Positions 14,372 through 25,869 of a stretch of DNA of 64,000 bases are shown one piece after another. Position numbers and translations under genes: made by a program. How positions within the stretch are numbered: position 1 is the first letter of the stretch; each line of letters starts with the position of its first letter. The notes beneath the pieces were generated by a model that worked only from the letters and a program-made list of their open reading frames with translations, searched no databases and was not told where the DNA came from. The stretch comes from Octopus vulgaris. Taxonomy: Eukaryota. The DNA is taken from NCBI GenBank assembly GCA_951406725.2, contig OX597839.1, positions 28,458,001 to 28,522,000 of the forward strand, given 5' to 3'.

Positions 14372-15225
14372 CATACACACATATATATATATTATATATA
14401 TATATATATATGATATATAAATGCTGAGCTGTTGGCCTGTTTCTCTGGGGTTTTCCCTGGCAATGTTCTTGAATCATTGGCCAGTATTAATTAGACTGTC
14501 ATGAAATTCCTACCTGAGAAACCAACAGGTGGGGAAACTCCAGAGTAACAGGCCTTTTGACTGAGCAGACTCAGTAAACTGTTACACTCAACTGTGGTAT
14601 TGAGTACATTTTTTCTCCTGTTCGTTAAAAAATAAAAAGCAACATATAATTAATATCTATCTATATATATATATATATATATAATTCATATATATATATA
14701 CATATATATATAGACACGTGCATACGTAAATACATCTATGTAATCAAATTTTATCTATCTATCTATCTGTCTATCTATTTATTCATTTATTACTCTCTAT
14801 CTCCCCCCACCCCTCCCCCATTAGACAAGCTTTATGAGAGAAAGACCGAATGAATGATCTGTAGACACAAACGATAAAAACAAATTAGTCTCGTTAGCGT
14901 GGTTCTTCCTGTTTTTTTTTTTATTTTTTATATTTTTTTAAACGAAACTACAAATTATTATTATTATCATTGTCATTATTATTATTATTATTATTTTTAT
15001 TGTCATTAAGGCATTGAGCTGGCAGAATCGTTATCACACCGGGCAAAATACTCAGCAACATTTCGTCCGTCTGTACGTTTCTAAGTTCAAATTCCGCCAG
15101 GGTTGACTTTGCCTTTCATCCTTTTGGGGGTCAGTGAAACAAGTATCAGTGGGGTCAATATAATCAACTAACCCCCTACCCCCAGATTTCAGGCCTTGTG
15201 CCTATAGTAGAAAGGATTATTATTA

Positions 15226-15256
<31 letters not shown>

Positions 15257-15747
15257 AAAGGCAGTGAGATGGAACAATCTTTAAAGTGCTGGACAAAATG
15301 TTTAATGGCATTTCGTCTGTCTTGTATGTTCCGAGTTCAAATTCTGCCGAGGTTTACTAAGCCTTTCATCCATTCAAGGTTGATGAAATAAGTACCAGTT
15401 ACACACTGGGGTCAATGTTATTGACTAACACCTACTATAAATTTCAGGCCTTGTGCCGATAGTAGAAAATATTATTATTATTATTTAAAAGATATAAAAC
15501 AGTTTTTTCTAAACATTACTGAAATCACAATAACAAAAATCAGAAAAATATATTGGGGTTTTTTCATTTTTTTAATTTTTAACTGATTTTTTTTTTTTGT
15601 TCTTAGTTCAACTTTCTGGTAAGAGAGGGACATATAATTGTTTGTTTGTCTTTTGGGTTTTTTTGATAAAATGTCATTTTTTTTTTTATCACTATTATCT
15701 GTAAATTATAATTTTGACAATTAATGTATGGATGGAAATAACTCATA

Positions 15748-15753
15748 AATAAA
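15748..15753 (+). promoter_or_regulatory. Probable polyadenylation signal of the septin-like gene
   Basis: AATAAA followed by an A-rich stretch and a GT/T-rich downstream element (gtgtttgtttt, ~15809-15819) after a T-rich UTR-like region. Confidence 0.45.
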
Positions 15754-15893
15754 GGGGAAAAAAATTCTAAAACATGAAAAAAAAAACATATATCAAACGA
15801 TATCAAAAGTGTTTGTTTTATTTATTTATATAATTATAACCTCCGCTTTAACGAAGGCAGAGGTATTGTTTTCAGTCGTATTTCTTTGTTTGT

Positions 15894-16228
15894 GACTAAC
15901 TCCTTAAGGGTTGATGCTACTGTAGCTTGTAGCCCCAGGACAACATCCTCCAGCTGGCTATTGACACACTTTCTGTGCCCTATCAGTATTTGCAAAGGGA
16001 AGCCATCCTTCCCTTCTCCAGTCTGACATTATACACATGGACCGGAGTTTCTGGACAGGTCAATGTCCAGAAACTCGGGTCCGTGTGCATCACATCAGGT
16101 TGAAGATGGGAAGGATGGCTTCCCTTTGCAAATACTGATCGGGCACAGAAAGTGTGTCAATAGCCAGCTGGAGGAGATGTCTTCCTGGGGCTACAAGCTA
16201 CAGTAGCATCAACCCTTAAGGGTTAGCC
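15894..16228. repeat. ~165-bp-arm fold-back palindrome
   Basis: Arms 15894-16057 and 16064-16228 around a 6-nt loop GGTCAA; a monomer of the same repeat lies at ~39590-39795. Confidence 0.9.
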
Positions 16229-16744
16229 ATATTTAGGTGGCAAATATACTTCACAAGAACCGCTGGATGGATTTGGATGAAACTTTCAGGGATGTTTGGC
16301 CTCGTGACTGGCACAAACTGATTAGATTTTGGGATCGATCCGGTACCGGACAAGGATTCTGGATTATTTTTCTGGGTTTTTTTTACTTAATTTTTGAGAG
16401 CGGTCAGGTTCATTTTTAGCATTCTCATTTGTGAGAGCAGTCGAGTTTATTTCAGATCTTCTCATTTTAAAAATCATCTCTGGCTAATCGTTGAGACTGA
16501 CATTGGTGTTGCTCAGTGCTCTTGTTTATCTATGTGTTTATATTTATATTTTGTAAACAAGCACAGGCATTTCTATGGGGTAAGAAGTTTGCTTCCCAAC
16601 AACATGGTTCTGGGTTCATTCCCACAGTGTGGAACCCTGGGCAAGTGTTTCTAATATAGCCTTGAACTGACCAAAGCTTTGTGAGTGGATTTGGTAGAAG
16701 GAAACTGAAAGAAGCCCATCAAATATATGTGTGTGTGTGTGTGC

Positions 16745-16791
<47 letters not shown>

Positions 16792-16893
16792 AGAGTAAAC
16801 ACATAAATGTGAAACAAGGTGGAAAAAAGAGTACTCAAATACAAGTGGTAGAGTAATATGCTTTATTTAAAGCAGCAGAAAATTCAACAAAAT

Positions 16894-16930
16894 CTGTTAC
16901 TCTGAGTTCTCGTTGCCGTTCATCAGACAG
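16894..16930 (-). ncRNA. Type I minimal hammerhead motif, left arm of a palindrome
   Basis: ctgt-CTGATGA-acggcaacga-GAA-CTCAGAG-TA|acag (one A of GAAA missing); an inverted copy on + at 16934-16967 has TTGATGA...GAAAC. Confidence 0.55.
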
Positions 16931-16999
16931 TTTTTGATGAACGGCAACGAGAAACTCAGAGTAACAGATTTTGTTGAATTTTCTGCTGCTTTAAATAAA

Positions 17000-17037
<38 letters not shown>

Positions 17038-20000
17038 TTGTGTGTGTCTGTTTGTCCCTCACAATCACTTGACAACTGGTGTTGGTGTGTTTATGTTCCT
17101 GTAACTTAGCAGTTCAGCAAAAGTGACTGAGCCATGCACCTTCATGTACACACACACATACTGCAAAGATAGTATAAGGGGAAAGACTCCCTTCAGTCAT
17201 GAATGACCATGGGATTGTACCTAGAAAGTTCCCCTCTGAGACACAAGTCCGGGTAAGGTTGTTTATGGAAGACCAGTCGTGAGAAGGGGACATCTGTGGG
17301 AGATGGGAGAGTAACAAGGAGTAATAAGGGGACATCTGTGGAACTGGAGAAGAGTAGAAATTGGTAAACCAGGAGTAAAGTGGTAAAAAAGGAGCACCTA
17401 TGGGGCCAGGAATGAGTAACAAAATGTAAATAGTGGAAGCACTCCGTTGGTTACGACGACGAGGGTTCCGGTTGATCCGAATCAACGGAACAGCCTGCTC
17501 GTGAAATTAATGTGTAAGTGGCTGAGCACTCCACAGACACGTGTACCCTTAACGTAGTTCTCAGGGATATTCAGCGTGACAAAGAGTATGACAAGGCCGG
17601 CCCTTTGAAATACAGGTACAACAGAAACAGGGAGTAAGAGTGAGAGAAAGTTGTGGTGAAAGAGTACAGCACGGATCACCACCATCCCCTGCCGGAGCCT
17701 CGTGGAGCTTTAGGTGTTTTCGCTCAATAAACACTCACAACGCCTGGTCTGGGAATCGAAACCGCGATCCTATGACAGCGAGTCCGCTGCCCTAACCACT
17801 GGGCCATTGCGCCTCCACAAAATGTAAATAAGGAGTATGTGGGATCAAGGAGAAGAAATAAGGAGTAAAAGAGGAATATATATGTGGTACATGGGAGGAG
17901 TAAAAAAGGGATGGCTATGGAACCCCAGGAGTATCTACTGACCCAGGAGCAGTAAACAGGTTGTGTCTGTTGAACGCAAGAAGACTAACCAAGACTAAAA
18001 CTGATAATGATCTGTGTGACCCAGGAGGGATAAATACCGCATAAATATACCACTGCATACAAAGGGCTGTGATGGCTGAAACTGTTGAGCAACAGATTAA
18101 ATGCTTTTTGTATGTTCAAATGTTGCTGAGTTTTACTTAGCCTTTTATCTTTTGGATCAAAGACATTCCAGCTATGACCATCCATAATGATATATCTGGG
18201 GGATTCAAGAGGAGTAAAGGGTAAAGACCCCCTTCGGTCACAAATGATCATGGGATTGCACCAAGAAAGTTCCCCTCCAGAATACAAGGTTGTATATGGA
18301 AGACCAGCGGTCACCTATACATACCAGCCTCACCTCTCCATACCACTGATGTTATCCTAGGAAAAGGCAATGGTTAATACAGCTTGGCACCAGTGACGTC
18401 GTATCTCATTTCTACAGCTGAGTAAACTGGAGCAACGTGAAATAAAGTGTCTTGCTTAAGAACACAACATATAGCCTGGTCCAGGAATCAAACTTACAAC
18501 CTCTCGATTGCGAGCCCGACGCTCTAACCACTGAGCCATGCGCCTCCACCGGAAGAATAAGCACCATATAAACATACTTATTTCTTTACTACCCACAAGG
18601 GGCTAAACATAGAGGGGACAAACAAGGACAGACAAACGGATTAAGTCGATTATATCGACCCCAGTGCGTAACTGGTACTTAATTTATCGACCCCGAAAGG
18701 ATGAAAGACAAAGTCGACTTAGGCGGAATTTGAACTCAGAACGTAACGGCAGACGAAATACCGCCAAGCATTTCGCCCGACGTGCTAACCACTCTGCCAG
18801 CTCCCTGCCGCCCTTAATGGCTTATAAACATAGTACTAAGTACGAAGTGCTGTGATGGTCGAAACTGCGGGACAACAGATTAAATGTTGCTGAGTTTGAC
18901 TTAGCCTTTTATCTTTTTGATCAAAGACATTCCAGCTATGACCATCCTGACTTTTATTCAAACTTAAGTATATTTAGAATTCTATTTATTTAATGCGTTT
19001 TGTTAAAGACACTGAAGGTACCTGACCTCGTGGTTAAGGTATTGAGCTCAGGACGAGAAGGTTATAAGTTCGATTCCTAGACGAACAGTATAGTGTGTCC
19101 TCGAAAGGCCCTTCATTTCCCATTGCTCTGGCAATAAGTACCAGCTGTGTATTGGTGTAGCCCTCTCTCCCTCCAGCTCTCACAACCTCAATGTTTTCAT
19201 GGGTCGAGGGTGGAAAGGCAGAGAGTGTCCATATCTACCTTGGACTACACAGTTATTTAAAACAATTAGTAAAAGCATGGGTCGTCTTACCTGGTCGTCC
19301 TCACCTGCGAATGGGTAGCTGTAGACTTCTTAAAGGCTCGAGCTACTATTTCTAGCATGACTGAACAACCTTATAGAGGCTTGTTGTTGATAACTGTGGG
19401 TTTGTCTAGCAATGAATCATCTTCCACTGAACAGACCCAACACCAAAGGGGTTTCGACGACCACCGAACCATCTTTTTCTCTCCTGGAAACGTCTGTTTA
19501 GAGCTTCTTGTGTCTTTCCTATTTTTAAGACGGTTGAGTAACACTTAAGGTCGATAAAATAATGTACTTGTCAAGTATTGGAGTCGATTAACATCTTTCC
19601 TTCAAATTCCACACTTTTTGATAGGATCAAACTATAATATGGCCAATATTAAAAAGAATTATTGATTCCTCGCCGTCCACAAAACACGAGACAAAAATGT
19701 CTTAAAAAGAGAGTTAGCTCCCTTATAAAATTGTTTTCTCTGAGTTATCTCTCTTTAAACTCCTGACAATAACCCGCCTTTATTTCGCCCTTAACTCTAA
19801 AATAGAAACTTTCCTATTTTAAAGGAATTAAAATTTCTCGTTCAAATTGGCCAAATAATGACAAGATTATTTTACAGTGTTCTTCATTATTTTTTGAAAT
19901 TAATTGAAATAAAGAGTGTATTTCAACAGTTGTGAAATTTATTTATGGTAGAACCAGTTCAACTGTTTCGAAAATCACAAAACGTATACCTATATTTTTA

Positions 20001-20043
20001 GGAATAAGTTTGGCTACTTTAATTTGAATAAAACAAAAATTAT

Positions 20044-20473
20044 GGCAATCTTTCGTCTCTAGTAGACCTTTCCGTCGATTTCCGTAAAAAAAATTTTTTT
20101 TTTTTTACATATGGGCTTGCGGGAACTTTTGAAGTAATGAGAGCGAAAGAGACTAAGAGAAAGCGATTGTATGACGAAGGAAGTTCTTTTGAAGTTACCG
20201 TGCATGGGAAGCATTGATGTACATGTGTGTGTGTGTGTGTGTGTGTGTTTGATGGGGTGTGGAGACAGACAGTATGTTGTGTAAGTGAAGTGCTTCTGTT
20301 AGTGTGTGTGAAGAGACAGAGTAATGTGTGAAAGAAAGAGATAACTGAAATTTCTTACTCGGTGTATGTGTATATGTATGTATATTACTTCAAAAGTTCC
20401 CGCAAGCCCATATGTAAAAAAAAATTTTTTTACGGAAATCAACGGAAAGGTCTACTAGAGACGAAAGATCGCC
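20044..20473. mobile_element. MITE with ~95-bp TIRs and 8-bp TSD (Merlin- or Mutator-like)
   Basis: GGC(A/G)ATCTTTCGTCTCTAGTAGACC... inverted at both ends; flanking direct repeat AAAATTAT at 20036-20043 and 20474-20481. Confidence 0.75.
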
Positions 20474-21186
20474 AAAATTATTTTATTCAAATGATAAAGT
20501 ATAATAATTTAATGCTATGAAAATGGCGATAATATATATGTACATAAAGGCGGCGAGCTGGCAGAAACGTTAGCATGCCGGGCGAAATGCGTAGCCGTAT
20601 TTCGTCTGCCGTTACGTTCTGAGTTCAAATTCAGCCGAGGTCGACTTTGCCTTTCATCCTTTCGGGGTCGATAAATTAACTACCGAATCCGTTTGTCTGT
20701 CTTTGCTTGTCCTCTCTGTCTTTGTGGGTAGTAAAGAAATAGGTATTTCGTCAACTGCTACGTTCTGAGTTCAAATTCAGCCGAGGTCGACTTTGCCTTT
20801 CATCCTTTTGGGGTCGATAAATTAAGTACCAAATCCGTTTGTCTGTCCTTGCTTGTCCTCTCTGTCCTTGTGGGTAGTAAAGAAATAGGTATTTCGTCAA
20901 CTGCTACGTTCTGAGTTCAAATTCCGCCGAGGTCAACTTTGCCTTTCATCCTTTCGGGGTCGATTAAATAAGTACCAGTTACGCACTGCGGTCGATATAT
21001 ATCAAACAATCTAAATTAATTTATTGTTTATTGTGGTCTTTCAGATATTTGACGGATAATTGGTTTAGATGCCAGCTATCCACAATGAAACACATATAGG
21101 TCATAAGATGTATATGGTGTAGAAAACTTTTAAATAAAGAAACATTTGGATGTGAATAATCTCCAGTCTTCTCTTCATTATCAACG

Positions 21187-21230
<44 letters not shown>

Positions 21231-21375
21231 GTATATATATATATATAACGGGAAGGTTTACGAAAATAAACAAAAGACGAAGGCAGGTTTACGAAAATAA
21301 ACAAAAGACGAATGCAGGTGGAGTACAAACAAACAATTGTATTAGTATGGCGCTCAGGAATAGAAATAAAACAAG

Positions 21376-21413
21376 TCTTTTACGTTTCGAGCCTGCGCTC
21401 GTCGACAGAAAGA
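21376..21413 (-). ncRNA. Atypical hammerhead-like motif with expanded core
   Basis: tcttt-CTGTCGACGA-gcgcaggctc-GAAAC-GTA|aaaga; helix I tcttt/aaaga, GAGC/GCTC hairpin; a degenerate relative lies at ~8345-8385. Confidence 0.4.
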
Positions 21414-22741
21414 TACACAGAAAAGGAACAAGGAGAGAAAAAAATTGTGTGTAGGGGCTAACGATCCAACATGGCGTTCTGGTATATATATATATATCAT
21501 CATCATCATCATCATTATTTAACGTCCACTTTCCATGCTGGCATGGGTTGGACGGTTTGACTGGGGACTAGCAAGCCGAGAGGCTGCACCAGGTTCCAAT
21601 CTGATTTGCCAAGGTTTCTACAGATGGATGCCCTTCTTAACGCCAACCACTCTGAGAATGTTGTGGGTGTTTTGACATGCCACTGGCACAGAAGCCAGCC
21701 AAGCGACACTGGCATCGGCCACACCCATGCCAACTGGTGTTCCTGGAACCCCTCCTTCTCTACTGAAACCTATCTGTAGCTAAGACCTGTCCCTTAATGA
21801 CGTCTCATTGATCTTGTTGGATGTCGGCTGTTTGACCCTTAATCAAGCTGATTTGTGATAAAAAACCTTTCAGCCATAATGACCCTAATGCATTAGATAA
21901 TGGGTTTCTATCTTATTTAAGACAATACTCTTTACTCTCTGTTACTCTTTTACTTGTTTCAGTCATTTGACAGTGGCCATGCTGTAGCACTGCCTTTAGT
22001 CGAGCAAATCAACCCCAGGATTTATTCTCTGTAAGCCTTGTACTTATTCTATTGGTCTGTTTGCCGAACTGCTAAGTTACAGGGATGTAAACACACCAGC
22101 ATCGGTTGTCAAGCAATGTTGGGGGGACAAACACAGACACACAAACACATATATATACATATACACGACAGGCTTCTTTCAGTTTCCATCTACCAAATCC
22201 ACTCACAAAGACTTTGGTTGGTCCAAGGCTATAGTAGAAGACACTTGCCCAAGGTGCCACGCAGTGGGACTGAACCCGGAACCATGTGGTTGGTAAGCAA
22301 GCATCCGTTGAACGAACGAACAATAGGAAGTGATTTGAAAACAACCTGGCTGCTATTTCTAGTAGATCAAATAACCATATAGACATTGGCTCCTAGACAT
22401 CAGTGGCTTGTTAACATTGTACAACTAACAAGTAATTGGTTCATTAGCTGTACTGGGTCCAATTCTTGTGAAAAATGCCCCTTCATTGCAGACCACATTG
22501 AGGGTCTGTCTTTCCCATGGTAAAGGTCTGTCCGTTAAAATCAGCCTTTTGGATCTACAATGCTCACATTGGGGTCTGGTTGAATTTCTGGTGACTGTAG
22601 GAGTTGGAAAGGAAGAAGGTAGAGACAGACATGACTGCCTTTATTCAGTTCCCTGAAAATTGAGGGTCCATTTGTAGCAATATTACCCTTGAACACACAA
22701 CTGCTAAACTTTAATCTCCAGGAACTGAAGACACTCTTGAC

Positions 22742-24158
22742 CAGTGGTTCTCAACCAGGGTCCATATGACCCTTGGCATAAGGGGATCCATATGACCCTT
22801 GGCATAAGGGGGTCCAATATGACCCTTGGCATAAGGGGGTCCATAGAAGATTTTGTTGCTTAAAAATTTATGCGCAATAAATTGGTTAAACTTCTCCCAA
22901 TACACAAAATATTTTAATGATTTTTAAAAAAATATAATTACTAATAATATTTAATTATAATAAATAGGATTTTTAATCATATACATCAAATGGCTAAGAG
23001 GGTCCAGTAGAGTAAAATAGGAATTAAAGAGGGACCATAGGCAAAAAGGGGTTGAGAATCACTGCTTTATAATCCCTAATCCCTTGATTAAGGAATATTC
23101 TATACTGTATAAACCTAATCCCTGATTAATAGGTATTCTGTATTTTATAATCCCTAATCCTTGATTACAGAGTATTCTATACTTTAGATCAGTGGTTCTC
23201 AACTAGGGTTCACATGGCCCTTGCGGGGCTCACATGAGATTTTGTTGCTAAGATTTATCTGCAATGAATAGGTTATATTTCTACATTATACAAAATATTG
23301 AAATTTTCTAAATACAATTTCTTATATTTAATACAGTAGTATTTCTTTAATATACATCGAATGGCTATGGAGGTCCAGTAGGGGGAAAATAGGAAGAAAA
23401 GGGGTCCATAGATAAAAAAAAAAAAAGAAAAAATTGGATAAGAACCACTGCTTTATAACTTAACCGCTTGATTAAGGAATAAGGCACATGGCTTAGTTGT
23501 TAGAGTGTCAGGCTCACAATCACGACGTTGTGAGTTCGATTGCTGGGCTAGGCTGCGTGTTGTGTTCTTGAGCAAGACACTTCATTTCACGTTGCTCCAG
23601 CTCACTCAGCTGTAGAATGAAGTTGTGACGTCACTATTCTCTTGGATAACATCAGTGGCATGGAGAGAGGGGGCTGGTATGCATGGACAACTGCTGGTCT
23701 TCCATAAACGATCTTGCCCAGACTTGTACCTCAAAGGGGAACTTTCTCAGTGAAATCCCATGGCCATTCATGACCAAAGAGGGGTCTTCACCCCTTTTTA
23801 ATACCTTATAATCCTTAATCCCTGATTAACGAGTATTCTGTATTTTATAATCCCTAATCCCTGAATATGGAATATGCTATGTTTTATAAAAAGTGTTTCT
23901 CAACAAGGATCCATATAGCCCTTAACGGCCCACATAAGACTTTGTTGTTAAAATTTATGAGCAATAAATAGGTTATACTTCTATACTTCTACAATACACA
24001 AGCTATTTTAATAATTGCATTTATATAATTCCTAATAATATTTGGGTTATAAAAATATGATAGGATTTCTTTATATACATTGAACGGCTAAGAAGGGTCA
24101 GCAGGATAAAATAAGAACCAAAGGACTACACGGGGGGAAAAAATGGTTGAGAACCACG
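22742..24158. mobile_element. Three hAT-like MITEs (22742-23064, 23190-23450, ~23891-24158) in a short tandem repeat
   Basis: CAGTGGTTCTCAAC ... GTTGAGAACCACTG-type termini typical of hAT/Charlie MITEs; other copies at 45477-45736, 53304-53610 and 57873-58453. Confidence 0.7.
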
Positions 24159-24991
24159 GGTCTACATAATGCACAACTTGAAATGGTAAATTTTGAAACA
24201 GAAAGAGAGAAAGAAAAAAAAAAAAAACTAAATAAAGAGGGATCAGTGAGTTCTGATCTGTTTTAATTTCTGTCATTATTATTACAGGTCAACAAAATTT
24301 AGCATCATCATCATCATCATCATCAACATTATCATCATCATCAGTTGTGAACATTAGTTGTCTAGACAAGCATTTGTTATTCTAGTGAACCCAAGAAACA
24401 AAAAAAAATTTTTAAATCCAACAAAAACAAACAAAAGCTATGTATGTGGCAACAATCAACAGCGAAAAAAGATTTAACAGACATAAATAGGAATATATAC
24501 TACACCTATGTACATACCCATACACACACACACACACACATACGTTATATGTACAGACACACACACTCACACATTGGATACACACAGGAAGACCAACATG
24601 TATGTATATATATATATATATATATGTGTATATACATATATATACAGGCCTTTTTCTTTTTTGTTGAAAAAAGACAAACTCTTGCCTCAATGAATCAATG
24701 AACCAACTCTTTTCATGCACAACAAATTAACAAAAAAAGAAAAAAAAGAAAAAAAAGAAAGAAATTTGCAAACTGTTTCGGACAATTCATTAATCAACTC
24801 CAAATTCTTTCCCATAATTTTACATTGTTGGAACTGGTGAATTTCTCAGATATATCTCTAATCAATTTGCTGCAATGTTGGAATTTTAACAACCTATTAA
24901 TTAATAGATCTCTTAATTACTCTGGATATGTATATATATATATATTGATGTTTTATGCATCATATTCGAACGTATATTTACTGTTCTTTAA

Positions 24992-25211
24992 CCCTTTAGT
25001 GTTTAAACCGGCCATACCAGGCCAAAATTGTCTTCCTGTTATATGCTCAAACCAGCCAGCTCTGACCTCTCACACCTACCCTACAAAGTCATTCTAAAAA
25101 TAAACAGGGACATCATCAAAATCTCAGAGTTACAAGATGCTGTACAATTAATTTAAAACAATGTGATTAAATGTGCTTTACATTTGACAGGGTAATCTGA
25201 ATGCTAAAGGG
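24992..25211. mobile_element. piggyBac-type MITE
   Basis: TTAA|CCCTTTAG ... CTAAAGGG|TTAA; related copies at 33796-34016 and 45743-45967 and an interrupted one from ~44379. Confidence 0.7.
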
Positions 25212-25830
25212 TTAAATAACAACGTTGTTGATAGTGACTTTGAAGTTTCAGCTACCTAAAAAATTGTCAACAGTTTGACAATGGTGTAGCTGGGTGAAAC
25301 TTGGAAGTCACTGTCAACAACATTGTTGTTTAAGAATGATAAATCTGTATTCTACAAAAGTATAGAGTAACCCATCAGATTAACGTAAGATTGTTATTAT
25401 AACTAAACATAAAAACAATGATATATATATATTGATATATATATATATATATACACACACATATATATAATCGCAGTATTGATCAGGCTGTTAGCTGTTG
25501 TTATACATCGCTGGTCACAGTGTGCTTTGCATTGTTTTAGCTTTCGTGTGATGCCACCCTGCTGGCTAGGTGAGCAGACCAATATTCTCCTCTGGTTGGA
25601 AGACTATTCCGTCACAGGGATACTCATTTACAGGTGAGGGGAATGGAACAGCATGAAATGAAGTGTATCGCTCAAGAACACAACAGATCATCTGGTCCAA
25701 GAATCGAACCCACGATCTCGCGATTGAGTGCAACATCCTAACCACTAGGCCAAGTACCCTCACAAACATACACACGTATGTATGTATATATATACAGGTA
25801 TATGTGTGTGTGTGTGTATATATATAGGTA

Positions 25831-25869
<39 letters not shown>

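Noticed and set aside
22760-22845. Three ~26-bp direct repeats resembling a mini CRISPR array
   Set aside because: No unique spacers, inside a hAT MITE in a eukaryotic genome; a simple tandem triplication
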